From positions 320,001 to 384,000 of the forward strand of contig CAVSBO010000003.1 in assembly GCA_963726195.1 (NCBI GenBank): a DNA stretch of 64,000 nucleotides. Reading direction: 5' to 3'. The notes under the pieces are model-generated. The model searched no databases. It saw nothing but the letters and a program-made list of their open reading frames with translations, and was not told the DNA's origin. This document shows positions 55,404-64,000 of this stretch, one piece after another (positions within the stretch are counted from its first letter, which is position 1; each line of letters begins with the position of its first letter). The stretch is from Candidatus Thorarchaeota archaeon (GTDB lineage Archaea > Asgardarchaeota > Thorarchaeia > Thorarchaeales > Thorarchaeaceae). A program made the position numbers and the translations under genes.

Positions 55404-56671
55404 CACTCACTGATTACCAACAGATGATGGACCGATGCGTACGCTGCTCCAAGTGCAAATTCCTTGATGGTATCTTAGTCAGGAGCAAGCAGTACTCCAC
55501 TATTTGCCCATCCATTGAAAGGTACAATCTGCACGCCTACTCCGGTGGCGGCAGAGTCATCATGGCCAACGCGATCCAGCGAGGCAGGGCGGAGTTCAGT
55601 GATGAGATGCTCGATGCTCTTTACAGATGCACCAACTGCGGCGCCTGTGAGGTCGTCTGCAAGATGTACTATGACATTGAACCAAATGAGGTCATACATG
55701 AACTCAGAGTCAAAGCTGTTGAGTCTGGATTCGGACCGATGCCTAAGCACAAGAAGTACATCGATCTTGTGCAGAGAACTCATAATCCTTACGGCGAGTC
55801 GGCCAAGAATCGAGAAGCATGGCTGCCAGATAGCGTCCAAGTGGATGAGAATTCGGATACCCTATACTGGGTTGGTTGCACTGCGGCCTTGCGACGACAG
55901 GAGATTGCCCAAGCGACTGCACGAATTCTCAACGCCGCTCATGAGCCATTTTCCTTGCTGGGCTCAGACGAGCACTGTTGTGGAAGCCCTGTATACCGCG
56001 TTGGTGACAGGAGTCGGGCCGTAGAAATCATGAAGGAGAACGTTGAGACATTCAAGCAGCATGGTGTGAAGAGAATCGTCACGAGTTGTGCGGGCTGTTA
56101 CAACATGCTGAAGGTCGAGTATCCTCGCTTCGTTGATGTGGATTTCGAGGTAGTTCACATATCGCAGCTGATGGAGTCGCTTCTTGCAGATGGCAAGCTT
56201 AAGCTAATAAACGAAGTTCCAATGAAGGTCACGTATCATGACCCATGTCACCTCGGTAGAATGGCAGAGCCATATGAGAAATGGGAAGGACAAATGGTCG
56301 AGGTCCTTGCTCTTATCTACATGGCAGATCCCCCAAAGCCGGTCAGGACTGGTGGAAGAGGAGTGTACGATGCTCCCAGAAATGTGCTCAGACAAATCCC
56401 CGGCGTAGAGCTCGTTGAAATGGAGCGAATCCGGGAGTATGCATACTGTTGCGGGGCAGGCGGAGGTGTGAAAGCCGCCTACCCAGACTTCGCGGTCTGG
56501 ACTGCAAAGAACAGACTGGAGGAGGCCGAGTCAACCGGGGCGCAGGCACTCGTTTCATGTTGCCCATTCTGCTCCACCAACTTCCGCGACGGAATCGAGG
56601 AGCGAAGAAGTCAACTAGAGTACTATGACCTCACGGAGCTAGTGGCAAAGAGCATTGGAGGTGAAGAGTAA
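55400..56671 (+). CDS. Fe-S oxidoreductase (GlcF/HdrD-like, 2x4Fe-4S plus CCG domains)
   Basis: CVRCSKC, CTNCGACEVVC, HCCG, YHDPCHLGR, CCGAGGG. Confidence 0.92.
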   Translation: MTLTDYQQMMDRCVRCSKCKFLDGILVRSKQYSTICPSIERYNLHAYSGGGRVIMANAIQRGRAEFSDEMLDALYRCTNCGACEVVCKMYYDIEPNEVIHELRVKAVESGFGPMPKHKKYIDLVQRTHNPYGESAKNREAWLPDSVQVDENSDTLYWVGCTAALRRQEIAQATARILNAAHEPFSLLGSDEHCCGSPVYRVGDRSRAVEIMKENVETFKQHGVKRIVTSCAGCYNMLKVEYPRFVDVDFEVVHISQLMESLLADGKLKLINEVPMKVTYHDPCHLGRMAEPYEKWEGQMVEVLALIYMADPPKPVRTGGRGVYDAPRNVLRQIPGVELVEMERIREYAYCCGAGGGVKAAYPDFAVWTAKNRLEEAESTGAQALVSCCPFCSTNFRDGIEERRSQLEYYDLTELVAKSIGGEE

Positions 56672-58261
56672 GTGCTTGAGGAAAAGATCTACACTGCACT
56701 GAAGAGCATCGTGGGTCCTGAAAACATCAGCAGAGACCCAGCGATATTGGACACTTACGCTTTCCAATGGTGTTGCGAAGTCGAAAATACTCTCAAGGGC
56801 AGGGAACCTTCAAGGTTTGGACAGAGACCTGAGGCGGTCGTGCTACCCGGCTCTACTGAAGAGGTTCAGGCGATTGTCAAACTCTGCAATGAACATGACG
56901 TCAAGTTCAAGGCATTGAGCACTGGCCAAGGTGCTTGGGCAGGCGTGACTGTCCCAAGGGCTATTCAGATCGACCTGAGAAGAATGAACAGGATTCTGGA
57001 GATTAACGCTGAAAACAGGTATGCAGTAATCGAACCCTACGTAACGAATGCTCAGCTGCAGGCAGAGCTTGTGAAGTGCGGTCTCATACACAATGCACAG
57101 GGAGGTGGACCACAGACTTCACCTCTTGCCAGTCACACATCATTTGTCGGCCCAAGCTTCACTTCATCTCATACTGGTTATAGTGGGCGGAATCTGTTGG
57201 GAGCTGAGTGGGTTCTTCCAACAGGTGACATTGTCCGGACAGGCTCATTCAATTACAGCGGCGAATGGTTCTCTGGGGATGGACCTGCTTTCTCACTCAG
57301 GGGTGTATTCAGAGGAGGGTATGGCGCATACGGAGGCCTAGGCGTCTTCACCAAATGCGCCATCAGGTTGTTCTCTCTACCTGTTCCCAAGGACTGGAAG
57401 TGGGAGATCAAGGGAACTGTTCCAGACTACGAATGGAATCTTCCACCATATTGGAAGATGTTCGTACTGAACTTTGCCGACTGGGACATCTTCACAGAGG
57501 CCTTCTATGAGGTCAACGACCAAGACATGAGCATGATGGCGATGGCATCCTCAGCGGAAGGGCTTGCAACAATGTTCACGAATACCCGCGAGGCCGCCCT
57601 TGAAGCCATATTCGCCGGGCTGCTCGTGAAAGCCCAGAGGTACTTCGTTGTCATGGTCGCGGCTCATACGGAACGCGAGTTCGATTACAGAACCAAATTC
57701 CTCCAAGCGATACTGAAGAAGTACGGCGGACAGGACCTGATTGAGGAAGGAGTTGTGACTGCTCAGCCCATGCACTACGCCGAAGGTATGCGGAATAGCC
57801 TTGGCAATCATGCGTTCCGCTTCACCAGTTGCTTCCAGAGCACCCACGGGGGCTTGGACACAATAGCAATGAGTGTCAAGATTGGAATCGTCAATCAGCC
57901 AATCAAGCAGAAGTACATCGAGAAGCATGTCATCGGTGATGATCGTGGAGAAGGGATTTGGATAACTGGATACGAGGGTGGACACATGGCCCACTTGGAA
58001 GTACCAACCGTGTACGATCCTTCTTCGCCCGAGTCCTGCAGGGGCTATGCGTATTACCAAGATGAATGCAACAAGGCCGACATCGCGAACGCGCTTGGAA
58101 TTCCATTCTTCATAGTGGGTGATGCATTTCACGACTCCTACGGACCGAATGTGATGGACTATCCTCGCTGGCTTCGCAAGATCAAGGCCACATTTGATCC
58201 AAAGGGAGTCTCAGATTCCGGCCACTACGTATCTGCAAGGCCGGGCGAGAATTCGACCTGA
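56672..58261 (+). CDS. Second FAD-binding oxidoreductase (GlcD/VAO family)
   Basis: VVLPGSTEEVQ, IEPYV, GGLGVFTK, IKATFDP. Confidence 0.88.
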   Translation: MLEEKIYTALKSIVGPENISRDPAILDTYAFQWCCEVENTLKGREPSRFGQRPEAVVLPGSTEEVQAIVKLCNEHDVKFKALSTGQGAWAGVTVPRAIQIDLRRMNRILEINAENRYAVIEPYVTNAQLQAELVKCGLIHNAQGGGPQTSPLASHTSFVGPSFTSSHTGYSGRNLLGAEWVLPTGDIVRTGSFNYSGEWFSGDGPAFSLRGVFRGGYGAYGGLGVFTKCAIRLFSLPVPKDWKWEIKGTVPDYEWNLPPYWKMFVLNFADWDIFTEAFYEVNDQDMSMMAMASSAEGLATMFTNTREAALEAIFAGLLVKAQRYFVVMVAAHTEREFDYRTKFLQAILKKYGGQDLIEEGVVTAQPMHYAEGMRNSLGNHAFRFTSCFQSTHGGLDTIAMSVKIGIVNQPIKQKYIEKHVIGDDRGEGIWITGYEGGHMAHLEVPTVYDPSSPESCRGYAYYQDECNKADIANALGIPFFIVGDAFHDSYGPNVMDYPRWLRKIKATFDPKGVSDSGHYVSARPGENST

Positions 58262-58367
58262 TGGTCGTTCCGTAGGCCAGACACAGACCTCAAAGAGTGC
58301 GTGCCCGGCATCATTCAAGCCGGGACACATCAGGTTCGTTGCACTAATGTTTGGAGTGCACACACTT

Positions 58368-59124
58368 TCAAGATTCCACACCTAGTTTCTTGGCTCTTTC
58401 GAACGCGGTCTCAGCTTCACCGGCGCGACCCTGCTTAGACAAGGTCTCTCCAAGACCTTTCCATGCGGCACCGTTGTCAGGCTCGAACTTGATGGCCGTC
58501 CTGTATGCTTCTTCAGCCCTTGAAGCCGCATCGGACAACAACAGCATTCGCCCGAGATCGTACCACGTTTTTGCATCGTCAGGCATGTGCGTCATGGCGG
58601 TGTTGAATGCTCGTTCACTTTGTGAAGCCTTGCCGGCGTTGTAGAGAATTGCTCCAAGACTGTACCACGAAATCGGATCATTAGGTTTCTGCGCTATGGC
58701 TGTCCTGAATGCCACTTCCGCCCTCGAAGTTTGACCAGACCAGAGCAGAACAGTCCCGAGTCTGCGTTGAGCGCCCGCATCGCTAGGCTTCAACTTGATT
58801 GCCGTTCTAATTGCCTGTTCAGCTTCTTTCAGACGATTCGACTCGTAGAGCAGATCAGCCATGTCAGCTCCACGCTTCAAAACTGCCATGTTTATGCTTG
58901 ATTGCTGTCCTGTATGCTTCCTCAGCCTCGTCAAAGCGCCCAGCTTTGTTGAGCACAAGCCCGAGATTGCACCAGGCTTCAGCGAAGTCAGGCTTTTGCG
59001 CTACGGCGGCTCTGAATGCCTCTTCGGCTTCCTTCGCTTGGCCCGACCCACTCAGTTTGAGTCCAAGTTCAAGCAATTGTGTGGGTGAGTTAGGCTCCGT
59101 TCTAGCACTCTTCTCCTTTGACAT
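58368..59124 (-). CDS. Tetratricopeptide-repeat protein (frameshift near 58880)
   Basis: Repeated 34-aa units W..LG..L...G...EAE.A.R.A....P. Confidence 0.85.
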
Positions 59125-59332
59125 GCCTTTGACCCCTCTAATCCATCTAATAGAACGATTGGTGTGTACCAAAGTTCCGGGTGAAAAATGACCATTGCAG
59201 CTCATCCACGTGCCGAGCATGGGACACAGAATGTGACTGAACTAGGTCCGCACCTGTTGAAGCTGCATAAGGCAACAACTAATAGCAGCGCATTCCTGAG
59301 CCAGACTCAGCTCGAAGAAGGCGGACCCTCGC

Positions 59333-60497
59333 ATGAGCAGAATTCAAGTCGATGAGTCAAAGCTCCTGTCAACCCTGAAGGAACTGATTGCTATCGAATC
59401 CGTGAACCCTTCCCTTGTTCAAGGTGGAAACGGAGAGTACAAGATCGCTGAATACATAGGTGAACGTCTGGAGAAGGCAGGTCTCGAAGTGAATTACCAG
59501 CGCCTCGGGGGGAATCGCCAGAATGTCGTCGCAGTAATGAAGGGACGAGGAAGCGGCGGCCGCACCTTGATGCTAAACGGTCACACCGATACAGTCGGTA
59601 CAGCAGGCATGGAAACTCCTCTCTTGGCCACCTATCGAGAACGGCAAGGTCTATGGTAGAGGAGCGTTCGACATGAAGGGAGGCTTGGCAGCGATGATTT
59701 GCGCTGCTGAGTCGCTAAAGGAAAAGAAGACTGTGCTGAGAGGTGACCTTGTGCTAGCCTTTGTAGCAGATGAGGAGTATGCCAGCATAGGGACGGAAGA
59801 ACTAGTGAAGGAGTACGCCGCCGATGCAGCGATAGTAACTGAGCCAACGAACCTTGACGTGATTGTGGCACATCGCGGGTTTGCCTGGGCTAGTGTGGAC
59901 GTCTCGGGCAGGGCTGCGCATGGGAGCCGATATGATATCGGAGTGGATGCTATTGCAAAAGCTGGCAAATTCCTTGTCGCGTTGGAAAAGATGGACACAG
60001 GGTTCAATGCGCTGGAGCCGCACCCGTTGTTAGGTCGTCCCTCGGTCCACGCATCGCTCATAAGCGGCGGTACCGAACTCAGCACATATCCCGAACATTG
60101 TAGGATTGAACTTGAACGTCGGACTCTACCCTCTGAAAGCGAACAGAGTGTCAGGGACGAACTTGGAAATCTGCTGGAAGAGGTATCGGAGACCGACAGT
60201 GATTTCCGGGCCGAGTTTAAGGTCTTCCTTTACCGGTCGGCTCTTGAGGTGCCTAAGAACATCGACCTCGTCCGCATCCTCTCTCAAGAGACTCGCAGAG
60301 TCATCGGTAAGGAACCGCATCTCGTGGGTGCAGGTTGGTGGACGGATGCCGCACTGCTCAACGACGTTGGCATACCCACGGTTCTGTTTGGTCATTCGGG
60401 CGAGGGAGCACATGCTCCGATTGAGTACGCAGACTTCGACTCGCTCGTTCAGATGACTGAGGTGTTAGCCAGAATGACAGTCTCCTTCTGTGCATAG
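59333..60497 (+). CDS. ArgE/DapE family M20 deacylase (frameshift near 59645)
   Basis: LNGHTDTV, GRGAFDMKGG, DEE, EPT, GRAAHGS, GAH..E. Confidence 0.92.
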
Positions 60498-60568
60498 CTG
60501 CGCCTAGGATTAATCGGATTGGGCGTTTGCCACCCGATGAGCTGCGCTTTGTTGGAGACTACGTTCAT

Positions 60569-61030
60569 TTACGGTTCCATTTGGATTTTCTCGGGTAGGG
60601 GTTTGCTAGCGTAGAAGAAACGCCCGGATCCCATGACATCCGAGTGTCGCACTCGAATCTTGTTGTAAGTCAGTCCACCCTTCACCTTCTTCACCAATGC
60701 TACCCGCTGTTGCTTCGAGGCACCCGCAAGCACGTTCATAATCAAGTCCCCAACGTAGCTCTCAAGGAGCTCGTCATCGGAAGGATTGTATTCTTCTCGA
60801 TCCCCGCCAAGCATCATTCTTCCAGGCTGGGTGTATCCGGGATTCCTTCGTGCCTTTGCCTTCACTTCCCCGAGAAACTGGACAAGGGCCGGCATCTGCT
60901 CAATGCTTGGGTTTCGAAGGACGGGAATCTCTTCGACGACAGCGTGCATTGCTGGCCGGAAATCAAAGATTGTGTCGGGAGTTCGCTTCGGTTCATAATC
61001 ACCGAAAGGCGTAGTACCGCTTGGATTCAT
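60569..61030 (-). CDS. Hypothetical protein
   Basis: 153-aa ORF filling the gap between flanking genes; no motif recognised. Confidence 0.6.
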   Translation of the reverse strand: MNPSGTTPFGDYEPKRTPDTIFDFRPAMHAVVEEIPVLRNPSIEQMPALVQFLGEVKAKARRNPGYTQPGRMMLGGDREEYNPSDDELLESYVGDLIMNVLAGASKQQRVALVKKVKGGLTYNKIRVRHSDVMGSGRFFYASKPLPEKIQMEP

Positions 61031-61157
61031 TGGATGTTTCCCTTTTTGTGTCTTTACGATTTGGGGTCTTAATATCTCTAGGGGAAACGCCCCTTTCGGT
61101 TTCCATGCCCACTTAGAAAGACTTAACTATAGTTATGACTAACCCTCTCTAGACAAA

Positions 61158-62090
61158 ATGACGGAGAGAAATACAGTGGTCGATATGGCAGGCAAAGTGT
61201 GCATCGTGACAGGTAGCAACTCGGGCATAGGAAAGGAGACTGCCGCTGAGCTCGCAAGAAAGGGTGCAACGGTGGTAATGATCGTGCGCAATCGAGAGCG
61301 CGGAGAAGCCGCGATGCAGGAAATCGTCCGGCGTTATCCCACGGCGACTCTTGATCTGTTGATTGCTGATCTATCTGTTGCTAGCGAAATCAGAAGGGTC
61401 GCAACCGAGTTCAAGGCGAGATACGATAGGCTGGATGTGTTGATCAACAACGCCGGAGGCGTTTCAGGCAAACGAACCTTGACACCTGATGGACTTGAAG
61501 AAACATTCGCTATCAATTATCTTGCCCCGTTCTTATTGACTCACGAACTCATGGACACACTGCTTTCCTCTGCGCCATCAAGAGTAATCATTGTTAGTTC
61601 CACAGCTCATAACATGAGCAAGGTCGACCTGAACGACCTCCAGAGCGAGAGGCGATTCAGTCCTTTGGGAACGTATGCGAATTCGAAGCTGATGAGCGTG
61701 ATGTTCACGTACGATCTAGCGCGACGACTTGGTCGAACTGGTGTAACGGTGAATGCACTCCATCCAGGATTCGTGGCATCCAACTTCGGCAAGGGCTCTC
61801 GCGCCATTCGATTCGTCTACAGGATCGCCAGACCATTCGAGATAAGTTCGCGAAAGGGTGCTCAGACTTCCATCTATCTCGCATCATCCCCTAATGTCGA
61901 AGGGATATCAGGCAAGTACTTCTACCGCTGCAAGCCGAAGCAATCATCGAAGGCGAGCTACGACTCTGAGAAACAGAAGAGCCTGTGGTCGGCGACTGAG
62001 TCGATTCTTTCTGCGCTCGGAGTTGAGACTGGCAAATATCCGTCCTCCCTCGTTCAGCTGAGCACTTGTTTAATGTCGTTCGGCGCATAG
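61158..62090 (+). CDS. Short-chain dehydrogenase/reductase (retinol dehydrogenase-like)
   Basis: TGSNSGIG, NNAG, YANSK, HPGFV. Confidence 0.92.
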   Translation: MTERNTVVDMAGKVCIVTGSNSGIGKETAAELARKGATVVMIVRNRERGEAAMQEIVRRYPTATLDLLIADLSVASEIRRVATEFKARYDRLDVLINNAGGVSGKRTLTPDGLEETFAINYLAPFLLTHELMDTLLSSAPSRVIIVSSTAHNMSKVDLNDLQSERRFSPLGTYANSKLMSVMFTYDLARRLGRTGVTVNALHPGFVASNFGKGSRAIRFVYRIARPFEISSRKGAQTSIYLASSPNVEGISGKYFYRCKPKQSSKASYDSEKQKSLWSATESILSALGVETGKYPSSLVQLSTCLMSFGA

Positions 62091-62243
62091 TGCGAGCCCA
62101 ATCCCAGGACATCACCTCGCTTATTGGTCTTCAGACTAGTAGACATTCCATCATCGGTGGAAACCCTGTGCCAACCGTGAGTTCGCTGCAAAGCGTAAAA
62201 GCGAACCTGCCGATGCTGAGCTCCATCAGGGGAAGGTGCCAGA

Positions 62244-63116
62244 TTGCGGACAGCGGCGATAATAACAACAAAAGGCGTCTACAATGCAGGCGACACTGTT
62301 GAAGGCGAATTGGTTGTTCAATCCGGCAAGGAATTCAACTATAACGCAATTCATGTGACCTTCACTGGAAGAGAACATACGAGGATTGTCGTATCAACTG
62401 GCAAGTCATCATACACCTATACAGACGAGAGAGTGTATTTCTCCAATAGACAGGACTTGGCTGGTGAGGGTGTTATGCCTGAGGGAGAATCGCGGTACCC
62501 GTTCAGCTTCATATTACCCAACGACGTGCCATGCAGTTATTCGGGAAGAAATGCATGGATTCAATATGGACTGAAAGGAGTGGTTGAGGTGTCTCGAGCA
62601 ATGGATACGAAACAAGAGGCCTTCATTGGAGTGATGAGACAAACGCCAGGACCTGCGCCTCAGCCAGTAACTGAAGAAGCAGACAAGCACGGCATTCCCG
62701 AGCTCGAGGTCGAGACGGAAAGTGACTGTGCCTGTCTTGGTGATTCGATTAACCTCAGGTACAAGGTTGTGCCTGACGTGAAAATACGCGGAGTTCGCGC
62801 TGAACTTGAAACGGAAGAGTACGCCATCGCCAAGAGGGCCAAGAGGAAAACCAAATGGACTCTGGCCAAAGAGTTCGTACAGGACAACGAGATTGAAAGA
62901 GACCAGTGGATGGACTTGCAGATCAAGACCGACGAGTCGATGCCAGCTAGCTACCAAGGAGAGATTCTCACAAGCAGGGCCTTCGTCAAATTGACTCTCG
63001 ATATTCCTTGGGCACTGGACAAGATTCTTGAGATACCTGTTCAACTTGGATATTACATTCGCGTATCTGATAGCGACAAGGGCAAGCCATTTCAGTTTCG
63101 GCCAACTTTCGGATGA
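62244..63116 (+). CDS. Arrestin-fold protein (two beta-sandwich domains; SpoOM/arrestin_N-like)
   Basis: Y.AGDTVEG, G.E.T, GE.RYPFSF.LP...P.SY.G....I.Y; second half repeats P.SY.G. Confidence 0.8.
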   Translation: MRTAAIITTKGVYNAGDTVEGELVVQSGKEFNYNAIHVTFTGREHTRIVVSTGKSSYTYTDERVYFSNRQDLAGEGVMPEGESRYPFSFILPNDVPCSYSGRNAWIQYGLKGVVEVSRAMDTKQEAFIGVMRQTPGPAPQPVTEEADKHGIPELEVETESDCACLGDSINLRYKVVPDVKIRGVRAELETEEYAIAKRAKRKTKWTLAKEFVQDNEIERDQWMDLQIKTDESMPASYQGEILTSRAFVKLTLDIPWALDKILEIPVQLGYYIRVSDSDKGKPFQFRPTFG

Positions 63117-63358
63117 GCCCGGGGCTTTCGCCTAGGCCGCCCAATGGTTCGTGACTCAACCTGTGCCTACAGCCCCGATTCTGTCGCTTGGCCAAGTGGG
63201 GCATATGTCAGACTCGATGATGCGATCTGCCACGAATCAGACAAGACATATTCGAACTATGTCGATTTGAGCCCAAGCGCGGACATAACGATTATTACCC
63301 CGGACTCCGGCCGCAATCGGCTAATCAAGCCCATGGGCGCTGTTCTAGAGGTGTTTGC

Positions 63359-64000
63359 TTGGCATTCGTTCAGAAAAATAAGTTCTTCGTCTGCGTGCTT
63401 GCCGCCGCATTAGTTCTAACTGGATTGACCTTCGGCAACTTGCAGGGTTCACCGACTCAAACAGGTGTCCAAGTTGTGAATGGAGTGGTGTACAACTTCG
63501 CCGACTATCCGGCTCTCAATCATGAACAGCTCGGCATCTTCAACTACCTCGAACATCTAGTGGTCGACCAGCCCTATGGATCGTGGGATGGGTTCTATAT
63601 CGGGGACTTCTACGGACTGCTGCATTACTTCCTGGCATTCTCGATGTATGTGTCGTCTTGTATGTTTGAGACAACACCGGGCTACCGAACGGATTACTAC
63701 CGCCAGTTCTCATGGGACCTCTTGCAGAAAATGAACACCTCGGAGGCCGTGTGGAACACAACCTCAGTTGAGTATATGGAATGGACTCATCCGGGCTACA
63801 ACTTCACCCAGTATTGGTACCCCAACGCCAAGAATCCGAATGCTTCCGTTGACGTCTACACTGGCGGATTCCGCGGCCCTGCGAATATTATGTGGACCGG
63901 ACACTATGGTCTGATGGAAGCTCTGCATGAAAGGAACTTCAACACAGGCCAAGCCTATAGTGAGTTGACTTCATTCATCAAGCAATGGAACACTACTTTG
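63359..64000 (+). CDS. Secreted linalool dehydratase/isomerase (LinD)-like protein, 3'-truncated by window edge
   Basis: Not in the ORF track; TTG start after GAGGTG; signal peptide; open 214 codons to the window end; HYFLAFSMY and ANIMWTGHYGLM resemble the LinD NIMY.GH..LM region. Confidence 0.65.
   Translation, partial: MAFVQKNKFFVCVLAAALVLTGLTFGNLQGSPTQTGVQVVNGVVYNFADYPALNHEQLGIFNYLEHLVVDQPYGSWDGFYIGDFYGLLHYFLAFSMYVSSCMFETTPGYRTDYYRQFSWDLLQKMNTSEAVWNTTSVEYMEWTHPGYNFTQYWYPNAKNPNASVDVYTGGFRGPANIMWTGHYGLMEALHERNFNTGQAYSELTSFIKQWNTTL

Noticed and set aside
11335-60497. Programmed frameshifting or Sec/Pyl read-through explaining the split genes
   Set aside because: The breaks are frame changes rather than in-frame TGA/TAG, share no slippery motif and hit unrelated genes.
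1-64000. CRISPR arrays, tRNA or rRNA genes
   Set aside because: No regularly spaced repeats or cloverleaf/rRNA signatures were seen in the intergenic gaps by eye.

Overview
This window is gene-dense archaeal DNA, most likely from an Asgard archaeon of the Thorarchaeota type. That assignment is an inference from the archaeal TyrRS, the Rab-like and arrestin-fold proteins, and the giant glycosylated surface proteins. It carries central-metabolism genes (gap, ppdK, a citrate synthase-like gene, an ADP-forming acyl-CoA synthetase), transporters, an MNT-HEPN toxin-antitoxin pair and a FAD/Fe-S/FAD oxidoreductase cluster. It also has a putative lipid-linked pentose glycosylation cluster and two tandem paralogous giant type I membrane proteins (about 2,600 and 2,900 aa) that share a cytoplasmic tail. 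Roughly 20 single-base frameshifts split otherwise intact genes, most likely because of assembly errors. The most striking structure is at 17.0-18.0 kb. There a 210-codon NAD(P)H-binding oxidoreductase gene is cut by two inverted copies of an unannotated ~188-bp structured mini-element, and the 71-codon middle of the gene lies flipped on the opposite strand between them. No rRNA, tRNA or CRISPR array was recognised.
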